64,000 nt of DNA from Eledone cirrhosa (lineage: Eukaryota), in NCBI GenBank assembly GCA_964016885.1, contig OZ024743.1, forward strand, positions 352,656,001 to 352,720,000. The letters are read 5' to 3'. This document shows positions 39,514 to 52,082 of this stretch, in pieces. The notes beneath the pieces are model-generated. The model was not told the origin of the DNA. It did not search any database and worked only from the letters and a program-made list of their open reading frames with translations. The translations under genes were made by a program, and so were the position numbers. The number at the start of each line of letters is the position of its first letter. Within the stretch, counting starts at the first letter, position 1.

Positions 39514-39750
39514 TACTTTATTTCACATTGCTCCAGTTTACTCAGCTGTAGAAATGAGATGATAGGGACTGGAGTCCCTATCATTCCACTGGAAAGTGGT
39601 CGTGGAGGTGCCACGGCAAAAAAGCACCCAGCACTCACTGTAAATGAGGTTGGTGTTAGGAAGGGCATCCAGCTGTAGAAATCAAGCCAGAATCAATTCC
39701 CGTCCCACCCTTGCAAGCAGGGAAAAGCTGACGTATGATGATGATGATGA
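39514..39750 (+). mobile_element. SINE family B, 5'-truncated
   Basis: Near-identical to 14675-14910. Confidence 0.85.
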
Positions 39751-39765
39751 TATATACAATGGTGA

Positions 39766-40797
39766 ATAAGTAGCAGCAAGTGCCCACAGAATACTAACTC
39801 ATTCCATTGCACAGATGGTTCTATAGAAATAGTGGACAGCTTCCGTTACCTGGGTGACAAAATCAGCAGTGGGGGAGGGTGCTCTGAAAGTACAGTAGCT
39901 AGAGTCAGAACGGGATGGAAAAAGTTCAGAGAGTTTATACCACTATTGGCCGCTAAAGGGTTCTCTCTAAAAATGAAAGGCAGGCTGTATGATGCCTGCA
40001 TACGAACAGCAATGTTACATGGCAGTGAGACCTGGGCATTGTGTGCAGAGGATATACGCAGACTGGAGGGAAACGAAGCTTGCATGCTCCGCTGGATGTG
40101 TAATAGTAATATACGTGAACGGCAAAGCATAAACTAACTAAGGGAGAAATTAGAAATAAGAGGGATCAGATGTTGTTTACTCGAGAGAAGACTAGGTCGG
40201 TATGGTCACGTGATGCGCATGAAAGACGACAGCTGTATAAAAAAAGTGCAGGGCAATAAAAATAGACGGTAGCCACGGAGTAGGCAGACCCAGAAAAACC
40301 TGGGACGACTTGATAAATTCCGACCTCACACACTTACACCTCTCCAAGACAATGTCACTGGACTGAGATCTTTGGCGCTACACAGTAATAGAGAAGACCG
40401 CCTTACCTAAGTGCAAAGTGAAACCTACTACAGTCAGTAGGCACCTCTAACAAAATACACCCCCGTCCCACTACCCCCACCCCATCCACACCACCCCTTT
40501 CAATGTAAACTTATGTTGGTACCACAACATCCAGCCCGAAACAAATGAGGTCGTGTAATTGTCACGACAAAAAAACACACAGTCCACGCTGTAATGTGGC
40601 CGTGTAGGCAACATAGTAAAAACCTCCCAGCCCCACACTGTAAACGTGGTTGGTGTTAGGAAGGGCATCCAGCCGTAGAAAACCCGCCAGACAGTCCTAT
40701 GCGAGCAAGACAACCACTCTTGCCTCAAGTGGGAAAACTCCCGTCCAAACCCATGCAAGCGTGGAATATGGACGTTAAACGATGATGATGATGATGA
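39766..40797 (+). mobile_element. 5'-truncated copy of the 25.5-28.9 kb RTE LINE
   Basis: Near-identical to 27860-28890 (DSFRYLGDK..LHGSETW..3' UTR..(GAT)n). Confidence 0.95.
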
Positions 40798-41179
40798 TAC
40801 AATGTACACTATTCTTTCCCAGTTTTGATTCCTCACCTGTAAGCCAAGTGCCTCTTGTTTGAGAATCACTTTGATAATCTCTGACTTGCTCAAAATGCTG
40901 TGTGGTAGTAGAATCACATGATTGCAAAGCAGACTTTTTAACCATATAGCCAGGCATGTACCAATGAAAATTGTCACATTTCATGACAATTTTACAAGTG
41001 AATACTGATCTACATTCTTTGCCCCTTTCATTCTTCACCACCTCGTATCTTCTAATGAACCCTTACTACCTCCTTTTCATCCAGTACCCTTCTTGAATCT
41101 CGCAGCACCCCTAAGGGAGTAGAGCACCCACTTTAGGAATCAGTATAGTGATGCATTGGAAGGGAGACAAGGAGTAATG

Positions 41180-41360
41180 ATAATTGTTTCTACTTTTGGC
41201 ACAAGGCCACCAATTATCACAGTGTATTACTGGTACTTTATTCTATCGACCCTGTAAGGATGAAAGGCAAAGTTAACCTCGGCAGGATTTGAACTCAGTC
41301 CGTAAAGGGACGTAACTGTGCTGGAAAGCATGGCGTCCGACCCTCTACCGATACTGCGAT
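41180..41360 (-). mobile_element. SINE family A
   Basis: Consensus match. Confidence 0.85.
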
Positions 41361-42427
41361 AATGATATTGATTAGAGTATGGATTGTGTGCAGTTATGGA
41401 CTTATAGATGCAGGCATAGCCATGTGGTTAAGAGGTTCCAAGTTTGATCCCATTACTTGGGATGATGTATTTTATGATAACCTTGTAGCAATCCATCTGT
41501 AAATGAAAATTGTATAAACACTCTTCATATGGACTGTACATGTATTTGTGGAATACTCAGCGACTTACATTATAGTTCAATGTTTAAGTAGTCTAATTGA
41601 CCAAACAATTGGAATACTTATTGTCATAACTGACAAAGGTCCATTTACTTATATATGAACTTGACATCAATATGATTTACAGTTACATTACTTATATCTA
41701 TCTAATAAAGCTTATAAACAAATACAGTCAGCAGCTGTGGGACAGAAATTGTTAAATTATTGACAACACAAGTCATCAATAAAGTAATAGCTAGGAGTAT
41801 AGATAGCAGCTATGAACTTGAAAAAATTAAAAGGAAAGCAAAAAAGGTTAATATGCAGTTATTACAGTTATATATAGTAGCTACAACTAGATATGTCTGG
41901 TCACTGAAACCAAGAAAGGGAGAATTCCTTGAAAAACATGACGTGAATAAGCATTTACAATTAGAATGATAGCAGATGTCATATCTAATATATAAATACA
42001 GTCAACAAAACAGTTCCAACTTTGCCTCAGACACAAATACAACATTTCTTGGGAAAACAAACAGGACAAAACAAAACTTGCCATTGAAACTAATGTTTAA
42101 ATATTGATCTTATTTTGAGTAGACACTAGGTTAATTTTTTTCAAAGAGTCAGATAAAGCCATTTCAATTGTAAAAAGGATAAGAGTGGTGTATATATTAT
42201 TGATGACAGATAAAAAGTAAAATTAACCCAAGTTTGAAATGTTCAACATAAAAGGAGGAAATTAAACATTGAAACGCTAATTGATTTGATAAACTCGTAT
42301 ATAAACCAAGAAATATGTGACAAAAAAAAAAAAAAAAAATCAATGGTAAATGGGATAAGCTTATATTTGAGGTCAATATTTTGCTGATTTTCACCAACTT
42401 CAAAATTCTACGTAAATGGGGTTCTAA

Positions 42428-42810
42428 AAGTGGAGGTGAGTATTACACCATTTTCACTTTGGAGTTGAATATTACACCAGTTTCACTTTGGAGATGAATA
42501 TCACACCAGATTTATTTTGGGGGTGAATATCACACCAGTTTCACTTTGGGGGTGAATATCACACCAGTTTCACTTTGGGGGTGAATATTACACCGGTTTC
42601 ACTTTGGGGATGAATATCACACCAGTTTTACTTTGGGGGTGAATATCAGACCAGTTTCACTTTGGAGGTGAATATTACACCGGTTTCACTTTGGGGGTGA
42701 ATATTACACCATTTTCACTTTGGAGATGAATATCGCACCAGTTTTACTTTGGGGGTGAATATCATACCAGTTTCACTTTGGGGGTGAATATTACACCGGT
42801 TTCACTTTCA
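42428..42810. repeat. 29-bp minisatellite, about 13 copies
   Basis: Unit GGGGGTGAATAT(C/T)ACACC(A/G)GTTTCACTTT, head-to-tail with no spacers. Confidence 0.95.
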
Positions 42811-43667
42811 AAGTGAAATTCATATTTTGTATTATTTTTGATATATTTTGAATGAAATGGCTTTCAAAATGGTTGGAAATTGGTAAAAAAATGTATTATG
42901 TAATGTAGTTGTGAAACAATAACTATACTCTAAACGACACTTAAAACATTTTAATAATTGTTTCTACTTTTGGCACAAGTCCAGCAATTACCCAGTGATA
43001 ATAAAATTTCATGAGAATTTCAAAATTGCACCATCTCAACATAATGTGATGGTTGCCTTGGCTTATAAATAGGGTTTGGATTTTTACCTATCTCCAGACA
43101 TAAAATAGGGGGTTGGCTTATATTCAAGTATATACAGTACTTCATTTTGTCACAATGTTTCTACGAACTCTGACTTTTATGAGCCAGCAAGAGACTCTAC
43201 GTTGTTGATTTACATGTAAGAAACAGCAGCCAAATCTCCTTCAAATTACACCATAACATCTTGAAAAAAAAGTTGAATATTATCAGATAATGAGGCCTTA
43301 GATAACAAAAGTATGAGAACAGGATGGTCATAGCTGAAACACCATATATTATAAGTCTGCTTGGCCAGGGATGACAACAACTGTCTTTTAAATGCTAAAT
43401 ATTAAGAAAATTACTTCAATTAGACAAATATGAATACTATATGAAATGAAACTAAATATAGAAAGGTAAACTATCTAGTTACAACATTGACTTACAGATT
43501 AAAATACACACATCATAGTGTAAGGAAAAAAAAAGACTTGATTGAGTTAAACATGATACTATACAATTAAGTAAATGTCCCTAGTACTGACAAAAAAAAA
43601 TTATATAATTTCTGAAATTGTAGATGTTGGTTATGAATATCTTTGGATAAAAAAACAACAACATTAA

Positions 43668-43886
43668 CACTTTAGTATTTACATTACTCTATATTTACTA
43701 TTATATTTTCACGGTAAAGGCTTTACTTCACAATTATCTCACATAATATTGAATCTATGAGATTTTGATATTATTCATTTTGAGAACAATACCTTAACAT
43801 CAGTACGAGTGGCAGGTTACAGCCGGTTTGAAGAGAAGGAGGTAAGAGAATTATGACCGGGTACGGCCAGTTTAAATGCTAAAGGG
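43668..43886. mobile_element. piggyBac-like MITE
   Basis: TTAA flanks; right TIR TAAATGCTAAAGGG. Confidence 0.75.
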
Positions 43887-45709
43887 TTAACTTGGGCTCT
43901 ATATGCTTAGAGCTCCTGAGACAATACAGGATTGAGATACAGAGGAAGATAAAAAGATTTCTTTGGTCATGACTGGCCATCAATTTGCACTTGGAAAGTT
44001 ACTTTCTCAGGTTAATTCTAGTCTTCCTTCTCCATGCCAAAGGCCAATAGAGCTTGGTATCAGTGTTGTCACCATGCATATTTTTCAGCTGAGTGGACTG
44101 GAAGAATTTGAAAAAAGTGTCTCACTCAAGGATACATCAAACCACCCTGTCTGGGAATCAAACTCGTAACCATAAAATTGTCAGCCAAGCACCCTAACCA
44201 CTAAGCCACTTGTAGACTAAATTGATTGCAGGAAATCAGGCATTAAACTATTCATGTCACTGTTACTGATGATTAAAGTAGTGAATCAGTAGAATTATTA
44301 GGGCATTGGATTAAATGCACTGGTATTTGTTCCTGTTCACTATGTTCTGAGTTCAAATCCTGCCTAGGTCAACTTTGTCTTTCATCTTCTCAGGGTCAAT
44401 AAAGTACCAGTTCAGTACTGGGGTTAATTCTTCTTTTCCTCTTTCTTCTCCTCTGTCTCTCTATACAAACACCACACACATATGTGTGTGCATGTGTGTG
44501 TGCGCGCACATGTTGAAGAATGAAAACAAAAGGCGAAGATTGCTGCTTAATCAGTTCATTGTTTTACGTTCATTTCAGAATGTTGATTGATCATGATAAA
44601 TCCAGATCCATTTCCTCATCTTCCTCCGAAATATCTATAACCTTTTCTCTGGAAGAAATTAACTATGTTCAAATCTGGAGAAAGATGGATTTCACCAGGT
44701 TTAAAATACCCAAGACACACCAAGTGTCAGGATGATGCCTCTACAAGGAGTTAGGGGCCCTTTCCTTCTCTTCCAACTGATGATCATGATGCTAATAATG
44801 TTTATGATAATAATTCTAGTAAAAATGATGTTACAGATGATAATAAAAACTAATCGAATGTTAATGGCAATAATGAAAAAGAGGATGATCATGATGAAGA
44901 GGAGGATCATAATGTTAATAATAAGAAAGATGATGCTGATGATGCTAGGCCCAAATATATAAGCCAGGAAAGAAGAAAAAAACAACAACAACGCATCAGC
45001 AGTTTTTTCTGCAATTTCCTCAAGTGAAAGATATAGCATTACTTAACATTTCCACAGCCGAAAATATCTAGTGTTCTTCCCAAAAACACTTTATTCTCCA
45101 GATTACATCATCAGCATGACTGAACATAAGTAAATAGCTCTTTTAAACTACAACTTCATTGCTCATAACAATCCTCATCATCATTGTCGTCACACACATC
45201 AATATCATCACCATCCTCATCACCATCCTCATCACCATGAACACTACAACCATCACCAGCATCTGTATAGACACTGAGATCAAGAGATATTGTTGTGAAA
45301 ACAAATAGAAATAAAAACTAAAGAAACACATTTCACTAACACATTATTCTTCAAGGTCCAATGATTTTGCAAGGAGGTGCTGCCAGCCATAAAATATGTG
45401 TTCTAAATAAATGCAGTGTATTTATATATGTATACGTAAGCACACAAAGATTCAAGATTCTTTAGCTATACAAAAATTAATTACTAGTAGTATATTTATG
45501 TATGATCATTTATACAGTAATGGTTTTAGGTATTAGTGCGTGTGTGTGTAAGAACAGGCATGGCTGTATGGATAAGATGTTCATTTCATCATCTGGTTCT
45601 CGACTTGATTCAACTGTGTGGCACTTTGGGTAAATGTCTTCTACTATAACCTCAGGTTAATGAATACTTTTATGAGAGGAATTTCTTGAACAAAAATTGT
45701 GCAGAGAGC

Positions 45710-45747
<38 letters not shown>

Positions 45748-46337
45748 CTATCTATCACTGTATGCATATGTACATGTTTGTCTATGACATCAATAAATTC
45801 CCACAACATCTGGACATCCTATTTGATAGGAAATCAGATAAATCTAAAGTGTCACAATTTAGTGCTGTGTTAATGATTACTGCATCATCAAATACGTTGC
45901 AGGTTCTACTTTACAATTTGTTTTACTTGAGAAACACCAGTGGTATGAGACACAATTCAATTCAGAACTAAACACTTTTTAAGAAATGAGATAAATGGTT
46001 TACCATATCTTTTAGTCTAATAAAAATGATGATGATGATTTTGAACTGAGGCACAATAAGGCTCTCATTTTTACATTACTTCTTTTTTCCCCCTCAAGCT
46101 TGGATGTGTTAGGCAAGTTCTTCCAATGCATCATCTTTACATCTCCTTTATGTGGTCAGCTTTCACTACCTTTGCCCATCCATGGCTTCCTTCCTCTTGG
46201 AACCCATTCCTGGCACTTCTACTAGCAATCATCATTCATGCACATTACATGTCTGTAGCAGTGCAATCTTCCCACCTACATGTAACAACATCTGATTTCT
46301 CTCATACTCAGCTTTTGTATCAGAGCATCCATACATC

Positions 46338-46424
<87 letters not shown>

Positions 46425-46596
46425 TTAACACAAATCAATATATTTGATAAACAAATCCTCATATTTATGTATGTATTGTAAATGACCAAGTTAGCTAGAT
46501 AGAAATATACTAATAATAATATTACAGTTTGCCTATCATGACTTAAGATAATACATCATAAATCAACAAAAACAAACTGTATTGGCAATGGCCGTG

Positions 46597-46725
46597 GTGC
46601 TTGGACAAATTTAAATTTCAAAATCAAACCTGTTCCGTAGGCAGGTTTAAACCTAAAAATCCAAATATGTTTCGAATAATGAAAAAGTGGAAGGAAGACC
46701 GCATTTTGATCTCCTCAGCAAGCAC
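46597..46725 (-). ncRNA. Type-I hammerhead ribozyme (left arm)
   Basis: Mirror copy of 47337-47465. Confidence 0.72.
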
Positions 46726-47336
46726 TATAAAAATTGGTATGTTCCACTTCAAAATATTTAGGAAGACTGTTTAACGCACGAGGTAACCTCATGCGGTTAT
46801 CCAGTGTCTAGCTAGCCACATACTCGTGCTGCTAGAAATAACAGCCGTTTGTATGGGGCTAAAATCAGCTCAACGAAGGAGCAGTGTAAAATCAATAATA
46901 ATAAGTTCAAATCTCAGGCGATCATTTACAATGAAATAGCTCGAAGAAAGACTATTCTGAGCCGTGTAATATAGGTTAACACAAATCAATATATTTGATA
47001 AACAAATCCTCATATTTATGTATGGTCATTTACAATACATACATAAATATGAGGATTTGTTTATCAAATATATTGATTTGTGTTAACCTATATTACACGG
47101 CTCAGAATAGTCTTTCTTCGAGCTATTTCATTGTAAATGATCGCCTGAGATTTGAACTCATTATTATTGATTTTACACTGCTCCTTCGTTGAGCTGATTT
47201 TAGCCCCATACAAACGGCTGTTATTTCTAGCAGCACGAGTATGTGGCTAGCTAGACACTGGATAACCGCATGAGGTTACCTCGTGCGTTAAACAGTCTTC
47301 CTAAATATTTTGAAGTGGAACATACCAATTTTTATA

Positions 47337-47465
47337 GTGCTTGCTGAGGAGATCAAAATGCGGTCTTCCTTCCACTTTTTCATTATTCGAAACATATTTG
47401 GATTTTTAGGTTTAAACCTGCCTACGGAACAGGTTTGATTTTGAAATTTAAATTTGTCCAAGCAC
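47337..47465 (+). ncRNA. Type-I hammerhead ribozyme (right arm); predicted cleavage after C47458
   Basis: Helix I GTGCTTG/CAAGCAC; core CTGAGGA (47344-47350); G...C-closed helix II; GAAA (47389-47392); long helix III CATATTTGGATTT..AAACCTG/CAGGTTT..AAATTTAAATTTG; GTC triplet at 47456-47458. Confidence 0.72.
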
Positions 47466-47615
47466 CACGGCCATTGCCAATACAGTTTGTTTTTGTTGAT
47501 TTATGATGTATTATCTTAAGTCATGATAGGCAAACTGTAATATTATTATTAGTATATTTCTATCTAGCTAACTTGGTCATTTACAATACATACATAAATA
47601 TGAGGATTTGTTTAT

Positions 47616-47675
<60 letters not shown>

Positions 47676-48242
47676 CATATCAGTCCACACTGTAAAGTGG
47701 TCATGCTGGTGTCACGACAAAAAGCACCCAGCCTACACTGTAAATGTGGTTGGCGTTAGGAATGGCATCCAGCCATAGAAACCAAGCCAAAATTAGTCCT
47801 AGTATGAGCAGGACACTGTTATCTGATCTAGCTTGTCTCACAATGGGACAACTCATCTAACCCATGCTGGCATGGAAAAATTGACATTAAACACTAATGT
47901 TGATGATGATATATATATTATATATATATATTATTTATATATAAATATGATTTATCAAAACTCTTGGATGATTTGAAATGTGAAATGTGGGAATCCAAAC
48001 TAACTGTAACAAGTCGGTCACTATCAATAATAGCATTATAAAATCAGGTACAATACCCTTAGTGATAGGCTAGTCGCTGCTGGTCACTTTTTTCTGACCC
48101 TAAGAATATTTTACCTGATATTATAAAGCAATTATTATTTATAACAATCAACTGTTGTTACAATTATTTTCTGCATTTGGATTCCCACATATATATATAT
48201 CTATGAGTATGTGTGTGTGTGTGTGTATATATATATGTTTAT

Positions 48243-48245
<3 letters not shown>

Positions 48246-48338
<93 letters not shown>

Positions 48339-48590
48339 CGAGAGTGAGTGAGTGAGTGAGTGAGTGAGTGAGTGAGTGAGTGAGTGAGTGAGTGAGTGAG
48401 TGAGTGAGTGAGTGAGTGAGTGAGTGAGTGAGTGAGTGAGTGAGTGAGTGAGTGAGTGAGTGAGTGAGTGAGTGAGTGAGTGAGTGAGTGAGTGAGTGAG
48501 TGAGTGAGTGAGTGAGTGAGTGAGTGAGTGAGTGAGTGAGTGAGTGAGTGAGTGAGTGAGTGAGTGAGAGAGAGAGAGAGAGAGAGAGAG
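48246..48590. repeat. Compound microsatellite (TA)n(GA)n(GTGA)n(GA)n
   Basis: Direct inspection. Confidence 0.98.
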
Positions 48591-48919
48591 ATCTATGTGT
48601 GTGTAGAGAGAGAGAGTAGGGGAGATAGATAGATAAATATAAAGTTAATATTAACTGAACAAAGGGCTCAATACATGTGCACTAACTTGTGTAGAGTGTA
48701 AACTTTTATCTGTTGGAACACTGAAATCTGGTTCATTTGATTCCCATTAATCCACTTAGAACTTCCATTTATTATAGTAAAGTAGTTAAACACTGCAGGA
48801 TAAAAAAAAATCTTTTTCTGATAGAATATTAAGAAATTTACAGGTGTGGGATGTCAACCAACTTACTTAATTAACTATGAACACACATACATATTATATA
48901 TATATATATATATATAAAT

Positions 48920-49398
48920 ATCGACCTCACACACTTACACCTCTCCAAGACAATGTCACTGACCGAGATCTTTGGCGTTACGCAGTAATACAGAAGACCC
49001 GCCTTGCCTAAGTGCAAAGCGAAACCTACAGTCTGTAGGCACCTCTTAACCGAAATACACCCCCGTCCCACTACCCCCACCCCATTCGATGTAAAGCTAT
49101 GTAGCTATGTTGGTACCACAACATCCAGTCCTAAATAAATGAGGTCGTGTAGGTGTCAGGACAAAAAACACACAGTCCACGCTGTAATGTGGCCGTGTAG
49201 GTAACACGGTAAAAACCTCCCAGTCCACACTGTAAACGTGGTTGGTGTTAGGAAGGGCATCCAGCCGTAGAAAACTCGCCAGACAGTCCTATACGAGCAA
49301 GACAACCAATCTTGCCTCAAGTGGGAAAATTCCCGTCCAAACCCATGCTAGCGTGGAAGATGGGACGTTAAACGATGTTGATGATGATGATGATGATG

Positions 49399-49402
<4 letters not shown>
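48920..49402 (+). mobile_element. RTE LINE 3' end
   Basis: Matches 28413-28890; (GAT)n tail. Confidence 0.92.
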
Positions 49403-49439
<37 letters not shown>

Positions 49440-49443
<4 letters not shown>

Positions 49444-49705
49444 TCATCATCATCATCACCGTTTTATGTCCGTTCTTCCATGCTGGCATGGGTTAGACGG
49501 GTTGTCCTGTTGTGGTCAGTGCCTGGTCGGCTGACCATGCCTTGTTCATACAGGAACTGATTTTGGCTTGATTTCTACAGCTGGATGCCCTTCCTAACAC
49601 CAACCTCATTTACAGTGAGTGCTGGGTGCTTTTTCCGTGGCGCCTACACGTCCACTTTACAGTGTGGGCTGGGTACTTTTTTGCCGTGGCACCTCCACGA
49701 CCACC
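49440..49705 (-). mobile_element. RTE-tail SINE/LINE 3' end, inverted relative to its neighbour
   Basis: (CAT)n followed by GCTGGATGCCCTTCCTAACACCAACC. Confidence 0.85.
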
Positions 49706-50490
49706 ATATATATATGAATGAATGTGTGTATGTGTGAGTGTCTGAAATGCATGTCTACTTAATAAATAAAACTGCTAACTGCTCAATTGAAGCAACAGGC
49801 ATTAAAGAGCTGAATAGTTTGTAAAGAAGTACATAATTTATAGAATTGCATCAAAGGTATACCACAGCCCATTTCCTCTGCCTTGCCAACTTTGAAATGA
49901 CTTTAAATCAGCCACCTAATGCAACTTTCAAAGAGACACACGAACTAGTACAGCAGAAATGGCTGATAGCATTGTTAAAATAAGTCTTCTATATTTGTGA
50001 TAATTTTGGAAACCATTATGGCAATCATGAACCAAAGAGGGAACCTCTACGTAATTATTCAATCTGCTAAAAATAGCAGCCAAATCTCACTCAAATCTTC
50101 CATCATCTCAACCACCACCTTAGAAACTGCAACCCACATTGGTCCTAGTTGTACAGAAAATTCAGTAGTTACACCTGGAATGCCATTAATCATAGGTCTG
50201 CTGGATTGGGACTAACTTGGGGATTAAATGTCAACAATAACAACAAAAATAATGTCAATCATAAAAGCTGTGATACCAAACTGCCTGAAACAGGGGTTAT
50301 AGGCACTGTTCTTCCTCCTCTGACTAAGACTTTTTTTTAATATTAATATTGTTATCTCAGAAGAGATTCTTTTATTCTGGGGTTTTTGCTTTTCATCTCT
50401 GGCACTGATAAAAAAAGTATGAATAATAAACTGTTATTTGATTCAATGTCTAAACCTTGACTATTAACTCTTTGAGTGCCAAAAACATAA

Positions 50491-50708
50491 CCCTTTAGCA
50501 TTTGAACTACTTTATATATACTATTGTATTTGTTTGAAAAAGTCTTTATCTTACAAAATATCTCACTTAATATTGAATCTGAGATTTTGATATTATTTAT
50601 TTTGAGATCAATACCTTAATGCCAGTATGAGCAGCTGGTTACAGCTGGTTTGAACAGAAAGAGGTGAGAGAGTTCTGGCCAGATATGGCCGGTTTAAATG
50701 CTAAAGGG
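50491..50708. mobile_element. piggyBac-like MITE
   Basis: CCCTTTAGCATTT ... AAATGCTAAAGGG|TTAA. Confidence 0.8.
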
Positions 50709-51364
50709 TTAATGATTTTTACCTCCCCAAAAACATACTGGCATGTTTTAGTTTAGTTTGTGAAGTACAAAACCATACAAAGTATATAAAGCAAATTTGA
50801 TTAAATATCGCTATATTTTTAACAAGTCTTTGAAAAATGACAGTTTGAGGGACAAAGTAAGTTGAGAGAATCTGAGTGAAGGTAGCATGAGATCATCCAG
50901 CTCCAAGGAGCAGAGACCATTGTAGTAGTAGTAGTAGTAGAAAAGAAAAAGAGGAAACCACACATCTGTAAGCCAGAGACTGGAATGTGTCTGTGAGTGA
51001 CTGCATGCTAACCATATGTATGCAAACTAAATACTTACAGCTATTATCTCAATCATCAAAGAACCACCAGTTCAGATTAGCTTCAACTGGATTATCCAAA
51101 CTATTTGTAATACAGTTAACCAGAAATGTTATATCCTGGAATAAATATAAAATAATTGAATAAACAAATAAGTGTGTGTTTTCAGTATATCTGTACATTA
51201 AGAACATTGGCAATTGTTACTATGATACAGTATTTGTTTATATTGGCAAGATGTCACAAAGAAATACATATATCTATATGATTGTATCTGAGACATGTTT
51301 ACATTACAGTATTACAAGCACAGTTATAGTAAGAGTGACAATTTATGGAATTATATCATAAATA

Positions 51365-51770
51365 CCCTGTTTATACCACAGAGACCTAGCTTTTATCAAA
51401 GACTACTATTTATACCACCATTACTTATCATAGATACAGGAGGTGTTTATAGTACTTAGAGCTGTTTAAATTACAGATAAATACTTATATCACAGTACTA
51501 TTTATATCACAGAGCATAGCTTATACAACATAGAGCTGTCTATGACAGAGAACAGAACCTGTTTACAATACAGGGGGCTGTTTATGATGTAGATAACTGT
51601 TTACAACACAAAAAGCTGATTATACTACGGGAATTTTCTTTATACACAGAAATATTTTTCATATTATAGAGATGATGTTTACACCACAGAGATATTGTTT
51701 ACCCCATAGAAATATCTTGCTTGTATGACAAACATGTTTATACCATAGGAATCTTGTATATATAACAGGA
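51365..51770. repeat. Highly degenerate ~18-21-bp tandem repeat
   Basis: Recurrent CTGTTTATACCACAGAGA-like motif. Confidence 0.6.
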
Positions 51771-52082
51771 AATCATTTAACCTTTTTTTTATTGTTTTGT
51801 AATATGGTTATAAAAGTCAGAGGATAATTACCAGGGTGGTAATTATCCTCAGACTAGAAACTTAGCAGAAATTATGAGTAGGCATGTGCATCCTAGGGAA
51901 AAATGGGGATGGATTTAGTCAACCACACAAGAATAATTTTCATCTCCTTATAATTCACTCATTGAACTATGGTAGAAGAAAGACAGATGCACAAGGTGCC
52001 ATAAATAGGATTAAACACAAAGCCATGTAATTACAAAACAAACTTCTTAACAACACAGCCATGACTTCACCTATAGTATATA

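Larger units (their letters stand above)
46438..47624. repeat. 1187-bp near-perfect palindrome (587-bp arms, 13-bp spacer) of two head-to-head 551-bp monomers with terminal redundancy, flanked by (TA)n
   Basis: 46438-47024 is the reverse complement of 47038-47624 (one mismatch seen, A46903/C47159). Direct repeats at 46420/46971 and 47024/47575 give a 551-bp period. Confidence 0.96.

Noticed and set aside
42428-42810. CRISPR-like 29-bp palindromic repeats
   Set aside because: Units are directly adjacent with no spacers.
44579-44962. Acceptor-like site and Met/Ile-rich ORFs
   Set aside because: Mostly a degenerate (GAT)n repeat; no homology recognised.
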